Below, piece by piece: positions 10,812-21,560 of a DNA stretch of 36,130 nucleotides (positions are counted from its first letter, which is position 1; each line of letters opens with the position of its first letter). The position numbers and the translations under genes were made by a program. The DNA comes from Asterionella formosa (Eukaryota). The notes beneath the pieces were generated by a model that saw nothing but the letters and a program-made list of their open reading frames with translations, did no database searches and was not told the DNA's origin. The stretch is from the NCBI GenBank assembly GCA_002256025.1, contig NKIB01015409.1, positions 1-36,130 of the forward strand, read 5' to 3'.

Positions 10812-13800
10812 ATGGCTCCGCAATCAACTGCGTCCGATCCTGTCGCGGTGACGGCCATTGCCATGAAACTTCTTGACGTTAGGCTGAAGCCGTCTGGTGC
10901 CATCGTGACCTCTGCAATTGGCGATTTTACCGCAGACGGACAGCAGGAGATCGCCTTGCTGCGGGCAGGGGGAACCATCGAGCTCCATCGCATTGTCACG
11001 GCAAGTGGTGATGATGACGAAGACTCGCGAACATTTTTCAAGCTCATAACCCGGTTAGAAACGCGCAGTGTATTGAGATGCTGCTCTGTAGTCAGGTTGA
11101 GTGGCGAGAAGAGAGATGTGCTAGCTATTGGGGCCGATGGAGGCGCTCTCAGTGTCATTGACTTTGAGGGTGGCAAGGCTAAGATCTTGCATTGCGTTAC
11201 TTTTGGCAAAACCGGTAAGTTCAACAGTTTTTTTCGTTTGCCTCCTTGGCATTCACAACGTTTCAACTACGATAGTTTCTGATACGCTCCTTTCTCTTTC
11301 CAATGTTTGCGTGGGCATTGCTAGAACTTATTTGTTTATCAAACTATTGACCTGTTCATGTACACTAACTTGACAACCAACCTCAATTTATTTTGCAACA
11401 TCAGGATGCCGTCGTGGAACCCCGGGGCAGTACCTAGCAGCTGATCCGAAGGGCCGAGCTGTCATGATTTCCGCACTGGAAAAAAGAAAGCTTGTCTACG
11501 TGTTTAATCGAGATGCGACTGGAAAGCCAACAATTGCAAGTCCGTTGGAAGCCCATAGAACTCGAACACTTACATTTGACACCGTGGCGATCGACAATGG
11601 ATACGATAACCCCATTTTTGCGACACTCGAGCTACAGTATCCAGATACTGAAGATCCAGTCGGAGAGTCTGCTGAAGATGTCGAAAAGCAGCTTGCCTAC
11701 TATGAGTTGGACTTGGGACTCAACCATGTTAGCCGACGTTGGGCAACGACGGCGCATAGAACCGCTTGCTGTCTTGCGGCGTTGCCTGGTGGGGCCGATG
11801 GACCAGGTGGAGTTCTGGTTGGCGGAGAGGACTGGATCGAGTATCTCCACGAAAACCTTGCGGCAAAACCAAATGAGGGAATGGACACGGAACCGAAGTA
11901 CGTCCGTGTTATTTGTGCGATTCCTCGCCGAGAGTTGCATCCATCGGGCAAGGGGATCTTGATCACAAAGATTGCAGTCCATCGGCAAAAGAAATCAAAG
12001 TTTTTTGCTCTGGCCCAAAGTGAGCTTGGTGATGTCTACAAGATTTCTGTTCTAATTGATCCTGTGGATAAATCGAAAGTCATCGGAATTGATGTGGCTC
12101 ATTTCGATACTCTCCCGGTCGCGAATGCTCTCAATATACACAAGCAGGGGATGCTTTTTATTTCTGCAGAGTTTGGCGATCATTCACTCTACCAGTTTGA
12201 ACGAATAGACGTCGAGAACCCTCTTAAATGTACCAGCGATGAAGGGAAGGACGCTTTCTTGCGACAAAGTACTTGCACCGATGTGTCATTCTTCAACACC
12301 GAGAATGCAGCGGCGATTGCTCCAAGGTTCACGCCTACGGTTTTACAAAATCTACGAAAAATTACCTACATGGATAGTGCTGCTCCGATAACTGGGGTTT
12401 TGGTTGGAGAGCTCGCAGGGAACGAAGTTAGCCCTCAAATTTATACCCTGAATGGGAGAGGACCCTCCAGCTGTCTTCGTATTTTGCGACATGGTGCTGC
12501 AGTGACAGAACTTGCAGTGACAGAACTTCCAGGTATTCCAGGTGGTATCTTCACTATTGCTGACAACTCAGAGGAAGCGATTTCAAGCAATGTCAAGAGC
12601 GACAGATACATAGTCGTAAGCTTTGCTGACGCGACTTTAGTTTTGAGTGTTGGCGAAACAGTGGAGGAGGTTGGAAAGGAATCAGGATTCTTGACAAACG
12701 CTCCTACTCTAGCTTGCTCTGCACTAGGAAAAGACGGTGGTTTGTGCCAAGTTCATCCTGCTGGGGTACGTCATATTCATCGTGGGAAAGCTAAGCAATG
12801 GCACTGTCCTGGTCTCAAAAGAATTGAGTATGCCAGTGCCAATGAAAGTCAAGTGCTTATCGCCCTAGCAGGTGGAGAAATGATTTACTTTGAAATTGAC
12901 TCTGAAAGTGGAAATTTGATTGAAAAAGCTACGAGGGACATGGGAGCAGATGTGTGTTGTCTGGATGTTGGTACGATCGCCAAGGGCAGAAGTCGGAGTC
13001 TCTTTGCCGCGGTTGGATGCAGAGACCAGACGACACGAATTGTCAGTTTAGAACCAGGGAGCTTGCTCGCGCAACGAAGTAGTACGGCGTTGCGATCAAG
13101 ACCGCATTCTGTTGCTCTTCAATTCATGTCAACTGATACAAGCGATGGAGGTTCAAGTGGCCGAGACGATACAGTCCTCACTGTTGGCCTTGATGATGGA
13201 AGTTCACTCCGTGCAAGCGTTGATCCAATTACTGGGGGCATTGGGATGAGCCCGACACGACGCTTTTTGGGTGCTCGACCAGTATCAGTCTCAGGGGTTG
13301 CATTAGAATCTAGCGCTGCTACACTTTTGCTGTCGTCTCGCCCTTGGATCAGCCGTTTCGATGGCACTTCTGGCAAGCACATGATGGCACCTCTCTCCTA
13401 TGCTCCTCTTGACCATGGTTGTTCTTTCAGTTCTGGTGCTATTCGTGAAGGTATTGTGGCAACTGCTGGGAAGACGTTAAGGATTCTATCAATAGAGACT
13501 GCTGGCATGGAAGGTGGAGACGATGAAGCCTTCAACATCAACAAGGTCACCCTGCGATACACTCCTCGTCAAATGACATTGCTTGCCACTGGCACTGGTG
13601 GACCAACATCAACATCTCAGCGAAAGGTGGTTCTTGCTATCGTTGAAAGCGATTACAACGAGTACGGGCACGAAGAAAAGAAAGCCATGGGTTTTGATGC
13701 AACAGGAGAAGGAAAGATCAAAAAGGCCAAGCCTGATGGTATGGATATGGATGATAGTGATGATGATGAAGGAGAGAAGAACAAAGAGGAAACAAAGGTT

Positions 13801-14946
13801 GACGATGAAGCTGAAGAAATAGACGAAAAACAGGCAAGAGCTACTCCGATTCGAGGTCCCATGCCTTCTGTAGCTGGCCAATGGGGCTCTTGCATCCGGC
13901 TCGTCGATCCTGCTTCCGGTTGCGCAACTTTGGAGACAATTGAGTTGGGGCGAAATGAAGCTGCCCTCTGCTGCACGTCTGTTCGTTTTCATTCACGTGG
14001 TGGAGAGCCACTCCTTGCAGTTGGTACTGTGACAGGAATGACTATGCATCCCTTGAACCAAACGGCTAGTCACGTTGCTCTCTACCGTGTCATGAACGGA
14101 GAACGTCTGCAGCTCTTGCACAAAACCAAGGTTGACGACGGTCCAGTCTTGGCTTTGGCTCAGTTCCAAGGACGCTTGCTAGTGGGAACTGGCAAGACTC
14201 TCCGACTCTATGAAATGGGGAAGCGGCAGCTCCTTCGAAAATGCGAGTTACGAGGGTTACCAACAATGGTCAAATTGTTGCAGACTGCTGGTGATCGTGC
14301 CTTTGTGGGTGACATGATGCAATCTGTGCAAGTCGTGAAGTACGACTCTTCCTCTAATCGACTTGTGCTTGTTGCCAGTGATCCCTCACCTCGTCCCATT
14401 ACAGCTCAGGAGCTTTTGGACTGGAATACAGTCGCTGTGGGCGACAAGTTTGGCAACGTTACTGTTCTCCGCCTCCCTCGCGGGGCTGATGCTGGCGCTA
14501 TTGATCTCACTGGACAGCGTGCCCTTTGGGACTCGTCACGAGAGGACAATACTCCAAAGCTGGAGATTCTTTGCACGTACCACATAGGGGAAGTGGTGAC
14601 GAGCCTGACGAGAGCTTCACTTGTGGCTGGAGGGGCTGAGTCTCTCATTTATGTAACAATCACTGGTCGTATTGGCGCCTTGGTTCCTTTCACATCTCGG
14701 GACGATGTTGAATTCTACACTCAGTTGGAAGGGTTATTGCGCACTGATGCGAAAAGACCAACTGGTCGTGATCCTCTGAACTATCGATCATATTATGCCC
14801 CAGTAAAGCATGTCGTCGATGGGGACTTATGTGCGGGTTTCAACTATTTGTCGTACGATGAGCAAAGTAAGATTGCAGCTCGTGTCGAACGCAGTGTTGG
14901 TGAGGTAATGAAGAAACTGGAAGATACGCGTAATGCTTTGCTCTAG
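10812..14946 (+). CDS. SF3B3: Splicing factor 3B subunit 3 (SF3b130/Rse1); exons 10812-11214 and 11405-14946, 1314 aa
   Basis: A 190-bp phase-1 intron at 11215-11404 (GTAAGT...CACTAAC at 11363...CATCAG) restores [27 protein letters not shown]. The protein also has YYELDLGLNHVSR, RLYEMGKRQLLRKCE, GDKFGN and YRSYYAPVKHVVDGDLC. Confidence 0.97.
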
Positions 14947-15074
14947 AGTATTATACTATCATTCGGGAATGCCTTCGAATGTGGCTATATGAATAGTTTA
15001 TCGTATGATATTTATTACTAAATAGCTACATTTATTTTTTAATGCAATTTGCTCCCGCATTCCTGGCGTCTATG

Positions 15075-15190
15075 TACCAGGCAAGTTGCGGTAATTGTGC
15101 TGAAACTGAACCTTTAGCTATCTTTATCCTGTACATATGTGTGTTAAATTGTTTGTTTAAGCAAAATGACCGCAACTTGCAGTACTGGTA
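15075..15190. mobile_element. ~112-bp MITE with ~25-bp TIRs flanked by TA (Tc1/mariner/pogo-type target duplication)
   Basis: The left end is TA|CCAG GCAAGTTGCGGTAATTGTGCT (15075-15101). The right end is AGCAAAATGACCGCAACTTGC agta CTGG|TA (15160-15190), its reverse complement with 2 mismatches and a 4-nt insertion. Confidence 0.72.
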
Positions 15191-15746
15191 CATGCCTTCA
15201 TCATGATACATTTTCTTCAATTATTGGAACGCACCAGTATTTTCTATAAAAATTAGCATTATCAAGTATTCTTGGAGTACAAGTTGTCAGGTTCTAGATT
15301 ACTCTAGACCTCTTCCTTAAGGGTAACAACATGGTCCATTGCTGCTGGGGAATAGCTCCCCATACCCTCCCTGGCTACTACCTGGCTGGTGCATGGATCT
15401 GGGCAGGTTTATGCTGCTCCTGCAGCATTGCATTTGCTGTATGACTCCTGCTACCATCACCCACATCACGATGTATGTATAGATGCACTCCCTCCATTAC
15501 GGCAACATACCCAATAGACCTAAACCTGGAGGAAGTTGCTTATTGGTCTATCACATGGCAAAGGGGTAATGCTTCCTACAAGGTTTTGTGTGACCCTGCC
15601 CCTGATCAGCCAGGCAGTGAGTCTGTTATAGTAGTGGTAGCTGGGATAAGTACTTCCATTAGCTTGCCAGTAGAAGGTACATGCCGATGTACTATGTGTA
15701 CCTGACACAAGAACCGGTATGCATCTGTATCACAGGAAACAAAAGT

Positions 15747-16284
15747 ACCCTGTATTGGCAATTTTTGGTACATTTTCAACCGGTTTTCGTCCTCCAAATC
15801 CAGGTATACCTTGTATTGGGCGTTGCAACTTTTCCAATACAATATATCAGTCATTTGATAATTTATATTGCCAATACAAGGTAATATTGACCAATAAAAG
15901 GTGGAATCATTTCGCATTGGGGTCTTTATCCAATTCAAGGTAGGCCTTTATTTGGAATTAAAATAATTGACAATACAAGGCCATCCCCCCCCCAGCATAT
16001 TGGATTTGAAATATTTCCAACACTAGGTCATAAATTCCAATTTGAGGGTAACGATATTTTATGATTCAATCTATTCCCTGTGTTGGGTTTTGATCACTTA
16101 CACCGCCACCAACCAACACAAGGTCACAAGTTCCAATACAAGGTGGCAAAATATCTAAATTGCTTCATAAAATAATAACATATTAAAAATATGTGTAAAA
16201 TGGATTTTTAAGTACGCTTTATAGAGCCTTGACTAGTTGGAGTTTGATAAGTTTTTCACCTTGTAATGGATTCCAATACAAGGT
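15747..16284. repeat. Array of dispersed 12-bp motifs (consensus CCAATACAAGGT) in both orientations
   Basis: Exact copies are at 15808 (rev), 15871, 16133 and 16273. Variants with 1-2 mismatches are at 15747 (rev), 15834, 15891, 15930, 15970, 16017, 16113 and 16258 (rev), plus weaker ones. Confidence 0.85.
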
Positions 16285-16656
16285 GTTTTCGTTTCCTTTG
16301 TAACTGCTAGCAGCATGTTTAAATAACGGAACATACGAAATGAAAAAATGTAGGGTTGGGGAGTACCTGGTACCAGTACCATGGTATCGTTGTGTCGTTG
16401 TGTTTGTACCTTGTACCTGGTATTAGGTACCTGGTATGCAAACTGGTGGGTTTACCCTACATGATACCTGGTAGCAACGACCTGCATGTACCAGGGGTAA
16501 TCTGGCACTACATGTTCAATATATAGCCAGCAACAACTTCCTTCCACAACCCTGCACCTTCATGCCTGCACAGAATCCCATATCTGTCATAACGCATTCA
16601 CACTTTAAGCAACACCTGTGCTGAAGCGCTCAACGATTTCTGGTAGAACAGCCAAC

Positions 16657-18951
16657 ATGAACTCACCTGGTCATAGTCTGGGAGGAATCAATGCAGAAGG
16701 ACTTTCTCGAGATGAGATGAGAAGTCGGCGGCTCGCTGCTCTTGAGACAAGTGGATTGGCAGCAGCAGATTCAAATTCAGTTTGTCCACCACCTGCTCTA
16801 CATTCTACCGCTGAAAGGATTTCGTCTAATGATATGGAAGAGGATTCTGAGGATGATGCGCTGCAGGCGGCATTGGCAATGTCCATGCAAAAGGACAATG
16901 ATGAGCCGATTTCTCCATCGTTACAGAACGAAAATGGCACAGGTGCACCAATCGAAGCGTGGAACTTCAGCGAACCACTGGACATTGCTGAGTTTCATTC
17001 AATCATGTGGGATAGTTTCATGACGACCGATAATGATAGAAACCGATGGGTAGGTCAAGGTATTGATACACGAGACACTCGAATGTCAGATGTAAATGAA
17101 TCGGCAAAAATGTCGAACCGGCTGGATCACCTTGGTGCATCTCATATTCCCTGGGGTCTCACGCAAGCTCATGGTGGACCGTGTGGTGTCTTAGCTGCAA
17201 TTCAAGCGGAGTTACTTCGTATTCTTTTGTTCGGAACCCGAGAGCCATTGGATTATCCCACAGTTGTTGAAGATAATCTTGCCTTGGACCATGAAATATC
17301 GAAAGACTTGATAAGGAACGGATTGGCACTTTCATTGGCGATGATCCTCGCACGGGCTGCCCTTACGCCCCCAGCAACAGAAGATTACAATAATAAAGGG
17401 GAAAACACAAGTGTGAAAGTTGTTGTGCCGGGCAAAGCATCACCAGATGGCCTTTGCTGGGGAGACCTTGAACCTTGGTCAATACCATCAGATGCTCCGA
17501 AGTCAACCACTTTGAAAGTCTACAATATTGAATTTGAAGCCCCTGAATCATATAATCCCAAAAGGCAACGTAAAGATGGGGAAGAATTGTCAAATGGTCA
17601 ACGTATTTGTCAGCTAGCCCATCGAGTCGCTCGATTCCTGCTGTCAACTTCGAATGACGCGCAAGCAGCCCCATTGGACAGCTTTCGTAAACCTGGCGGT
17701 GTACTTCTGCTGGTGATGTCTATGGTATACTCAAGAGGGGCGAAGCTTATACAGTCAGAGTTTGATGACCCCGAGGGAACAAAGCTCACTTCCCAATTTG
17801 GTCACTGTGGACAAGAACTCATGAATCTTCTCCTTACTGGTCAAGCGGTGTCGAATGTATTTGACAACACCATGAAACCATCGGGAGATTTGACGTGCCG
17901 AGGGATCCAGTCGCGGCCCATGATTGGATATTTGACGCAGCTAGAAGCCTTACGGTATTGTGAATCTGGGGGGTACTACAAGTCCCCGCACTTTCCCATT
18001 TGGGTAGTTGGTTCAACAAGTCATTTCACCGTTTTGTTTGGCGACGCTGCGTGTCTGGCAGAGAGTAAGAGCGACGAACTCCTTGAAAAGTGTAGAAGGG
18101 CCTTCAAAGCTGTGGATAACGACGAGAATGGTTTCATATCTCGTGTTGATTTGGGACCAGTCCTTCACACTGTTGGTGTTGAAATTAGTGATCATGAAAT
18201 CCAGACTTTAGCAGCTACTTTGGAAGTAAGTGGAGCTGATATTGTTCTCTGGGACAGTTTTTGGAAGGCTACAAGTCGACTTTTGACGGGGGCCTCGTTG
18301 GAATCTGTCTTGCAGGGAGGCGAATATGTGCTTGAAGAAATGCCACCTCTATTTCGAATTGATCATGTTGGCGAATGTCGAAAGGTTGAACAAGCTCCGA
18401 CAATGAAGGAAAGCGATGAAGAAATGGCAAAGCGATTGGCTGGTGAATGGGGCGACATTGGTGTAGCTAGTGCTGCTGTATTACCAGCATCAGCATCGAA
18501 TCCTTCCAAGGCCTTATCAGACGAAGAGCTGGCGAGGCGTCTGCAAGCGGAGTGGGATGCTGAAATATCAGGTAGTGGTAGTGTTGGTGCAGTGAGCGGG
18601 TCACCTTCCATTCATGAACTTGATCTGAATGATGATGATGTCACTCAAAACGCCTTAGCTGATGATTTGACCGCCGCCACTGTTGAAGAAGATTCCAAAA
18701 TGCCCGGGGATAGGTTCGATTTTGAAAAGTTTGGTGACTCGTTTCCTCTATATCATTACAATGGTCTGCGTGGCGGGACTCTTACTCCTTTTCGAGTGAC
18801 CCGTATGTCGGCAGAAGAAGCAGTCGGCGCAAGCATCGCTCTAGGTGCTTCGTCGTCTGGAGGTGGAGGCGACTTGGAGGATGTTGTGCGAACCAAGTGG
18901 CCTTCATGTATGGTTAATTGGCTCGGCAAGTCGCCCCCCTTCATAGATTAG
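16657..18951 (+). CDS. MINDY3: MINDY-3/4 family deubiquitinase (DUF4205), MINDY3-like, with EF-hand and ubiquitin-binding motifs
   Basis: It has the catalytic Cys motif QAHGGPCGVLAAIQAELL, GHCGQELMNLLLTGQAVSNVFD, IGYLTQLEALRYC, the catalytic His motif PIWVVGSTSHFTVLF, an EF-hand (DNDENGFISRVDL), YHYNGL and RTKWP. The first ATG is at 16657; the ORF track starts at a GTG at 16618. Confidence 0.9.
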   Translation: MNSPGHSLGGINAEGLSRDEMRSRRLAALETSGLAAADSNSVCPPPALHSTAERISSNDMEEDSEDDALQAALAMSMQKDNDEPISPSLQNENGTGAPIEAWNFSEPLDIAEFHSIMWDSFMTTDNDRNRWVGQGIDTRDTRMSDVNESAKMSNRLDHLGASHIPWGLTQAHGGPCGVLAAIQAELLRILLFGTREPLDYPTVVEDNLALDHEISKDLIRNGLALSLAMILARAALTPPATEDYNNKGENTSVKVVVPGKASPDGLCWGDLEPWSIPSDAPKSTTLKVYNIEFEAPESYNPKRQRKDGEELSNGQRICQLAHRVARFLLSTSNDAQAAPLDSFRKPGGVLLLVMSMVYSRGAKLIQSEFDDPEGTKLTSQFGHCGQELMNLLLTGQAVSNVFDNTMKPSGDLTCRGIQSRPMIGYLTQLEALRYCESGGYYKSPHFPIWVVGSTSHFTVLFGDAACLAESKSDELLEKCRRAFKAVDNDENGFISRVDLGPVLHTVGVEISDHEIQTLAATLEVSGADIVLWDSFWKATSRLLTGASLESVLQGGEYVLEEMPPLFRIDHVGECRKVEQAPTMKESDEEMAKRLAGEWGDIGVASAAVLPASASNPSKALSDEELARRLQAEWDAEISGSGSVGAVSGSPSIHELDLNDDDVTQNALADDLTAATVEEDSKMPGDRFDFEKFGDSFPLYHYNGLRGGTLTPFRVTRMSAEEAVGASIALGASSSGGGGDLEDVVRTKWPSCMVNWLGKSPPFID

Positions 18952-19077
18952 AGGCATATTTGTAATGGGATCGTTGCCTTATACTTTATTTTACTGCTAT
19001 GAATGTTCTTACAACACGACACAACCAATAAATAATAATAATTCCCTTTTCTTCAGTGCACACTACTGCGGGGGCAC

Positions 19078-19965
19078 TCATTTTGAAGTACTTGCGGAAA
19101 CCTCCATAGTAAAGTCGTAGTTGATAGTTGGAATAATCGAGGAAACAAACTTTAAGAAAATGAAGAGGTAGTTCTCAACTGGAGGTCCATCATCGGCATT
19201 TGCACAGTCTTTCATCAGGTTTTTGACAATTGTCTTCATAACCTTGCCATGTTGGCAAGGGTGAATCGAAGCATGAGGTCCAGCCACATGAGGATGGTTC
19301 TCGATAGTCACGGTTCGATTGGCATAATCCGAAATAACGTCCTCAAACATCTCTTTTCCGGTCAAAGGATGAGATTCTGCAGTGTAGCCCATCATCCATA
19401 CGCGAGGAGTCTGGTAGTACTTGTCATAAGTAATGGAAAGGTCGTAGGTTCTAACCTTCATCAAATTTGAATCAGCACCATCCACATTCGGTGCTACCAC
19501 GGCTTCATCCGCAAGCACGTTTTCGTCTTCAAAATCTTCCATGTCGGCGTACTCCTCGTCTTGGGTTTCTTCGACGGGTGCCTTTTCAACAACATGGCCC
19601 TCGCCGTCCAGGATATCAAAATCGTCCTCTACATCCTTGTCCCCTTGTTTAATTACGTGAGATACAAGCCAGTCGCCCTCGTCCTCGTCCATATTCTCTG
19701 TTGCTAATGTGTTTTCCATGGTACTGACACGGTTCTGACACGGAACATTCCGAGTTACTAAATACTGTTTGTCGGTGGGCAGAAAGCTCTTCAGCTTCTT
19801 AGGATCCCCGCTCTCCCAGCTCCAAGTAGGGCATTTGTAGACGAGCTCGTCGCCTGCTCTGACAAACTCTTCCGGCGTCAAGACTCCTTTCTCGAGAAAG
19901 GCGGTCGTTGTCCGGTGAGGATACATATACTCGCGAACGCTACGAAGGTATCCCAACGTCGTCAT
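19078..19965 (-). CDS. ATG3: Autophagy E2-like conjugating enzyme ATG3, intronless
   Basis: GVLTPEEFVRAGDELVYKCPTWSW, KQYLVTRNVPC, an acidic flexible region, RTYDLSITYDKYYQTPR, the catalytic SIHPCQH motif and FLKFVSSIIPTINYDFT. Confidence 0.97.
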   Translation of the reverse strand: MTTLGYLRSVREYMYPHRTTTAFLEKGVLTPEEFVRAGDELVYKCPTWSWESGDPKKLKSFLPTDKQYLVTRNVPCQNRVSTMENTLATENMDEDEGDWLVSHVIKQGDKDVEDDFDILDGEGHVVEKAPVEETQDEEYADMEDFEDENVLADEAVVAPNVDGADSNLMKVRTYDLSITYDKYYQTPRVWMMGYTAESHPLTGKEMFEDVISDYANRTVTIENHPHVAGPHASIHPCQHGKVMKTIVKNLMKDCANADDGPPVENYLFIFLKFVSSIIPTINYDFTMEVSASTSK

Positions 19966-20868
19966 GGTTTGGAATTAGCTTCAACGTGTTGTTTGGACGA
20001 ACTAAATAAATTGAACTGTGAACGCGGATGCTATCGCAAGTGGAAAGAAAAAATGGGTACCGCTCGGTTCCACGGTTATAGCAAAGGATGGAATAAATCG
20101 AGGTTTCAAAGGAAGTACATGCATGTGACACAAAATAAACGAGAAAAACGAACAAAAATAACATAAGATCAGGCGGAAGCAACAAGTAATTACAAGGGAC
20201 CCGGAGTCTAGCAGGTACCGTACCGGTACTCTACAGACACCGAGAACTGGCACCATCATCGCATGGAAGGCAGTGATTATACACTGTGCTCCGGGTTCCA
20301 GCACCAGTATTACTGGTAGACTGGAGCAAAGTTCCGGTAAATCACAGTTTGAACTTGAGAAAAGTTTATGATAAAAATCTCGATTACTGGACCTTCCTGT
20401 TGCATGACAGATTTCCACCAACAATGCATCCTTTGCAAATTAAAGAACAATGTCACCTTGAAAATCGAACAAGTCGAAGCTGATTCACCAAGAACATGAT
20501 TTCTTGGCACGTGATCAGAAAGGCAACAAAAGAAGGGGAGCTGAGAGGAAGCGATCATTGTTGCGAATGAAGGATGTGGAGGTGGAACCCAAATCAAACC
20601 GAAACGGACGTCAATCATCCTCATGGCAGGCCCCATCAATCCAGTGATGCCTCAAAGCACTATGTATATTCAGCAATATCACCAGACACATTTTTCTTTC
20701 TACTCTTCCAAGAAATGGGATTGATGGAGAGAAATGTGTTATCGCCAAAGCATCTCAAAGGGAAAAAGGCACTGACATGGACTCACAACTAATCAAATCC
20801 AGCAAAGCAAAGTTCATGGCTTTGGCCAGAACTTCCTTGTTAGGAGCGAGGTATGATGTGTTGCAATC

Positions 20869-21560
20869 ATGGATTTAGACCCCTCTTTGTCATGACCAAC
20901 ACAGATGTCCAACAGAAATGTCATTGGGGTTTTAATGGGACCAGATTGACTAGTATGGACAATGGAGCAGTGTCATTATTTTCCGATATATTCCAAAATC
21001 TTGGTGTCTACAGGTTGTCTGATGCATCCGATTTTGTCGAGATGCATAAGAATGGTTTGGGCATAACTAACAAGCCTATGACAATGTTGTTTATGGCAGT
21101 TCCTGCAATCAACAAAAAACCCGTCGAAGGTCAATGCAAAAAGCTCAAGAGCAGTTCCTGCATACCAAGAACTTTTTACAAACTATTGGAAGAACAGTCA
21201 ACTACAATTCAGGAATAATCCCAGGAAGTCTGGTGTGACATTGTTTATTGACATATGTGTTAAGATGCCAGAGGTTCTCTTTCCTGCGCAGCAGAGGATA
21301 AGAAGTCATGCAGAAGGGCTTGCTTCTATGAGATCTATTGGTCCTACTGTAAACAATGACTTTTGGTATATGACTCTACTATATAGATCTTACGCTCAGT
21401 CATTTGTTGCATTTATGAATTCTGAATTAACAATCACTGGAAGATGCAATGGATTTAGACCCCTCTTTGTCATGACCAACACAAATGTCCAACAGAAATG
21501 TCATTGGGGTCGTGTTAACAGGACCAGACTGACTAGTATGGACAATGGAGCAGTGTCATT
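20869..21560 (+). repeat. ~110-bp near-identical direct repeat pair (20869-20977 and 21449-21560) with a ~470-bp spacer
   Basis: ATGGATTTAGACCCCTCTTTGTCATGACCAACACA...GACTAGTATGGACAATGGAGCAGTGTCATT occurs twice with a few substitutions and a 3-nt indel. It is visible in the ORF track as the repeated peptide GFRPLFVMTNT.VQQKCHWG...TRLTSMDNGAVS. Confidence 0.92.

Noticed and set aside
11492..14648. Alternative-frame and antisense ORFs within SF3B3 (and similarly within the other genes)
   Set aside because: These are the shadow ORFs expected of long coding sequences and carry no independent motifs.
15747..16284. CRISPR-like repeat-spacer array
   Set aside because: The repeats are only 12 bp, in mixed orientation and irregularly spaced. 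The context is eukaryotic and there are no cas genes.
3422..19965. Functional cluster of ubiquitin/UBL genes (RING E3, MINDY3, ATG3)
   Set aside because: These are common gene classes interspersed with unrelated genes, and nothing in the sequence indicates co-regulation.
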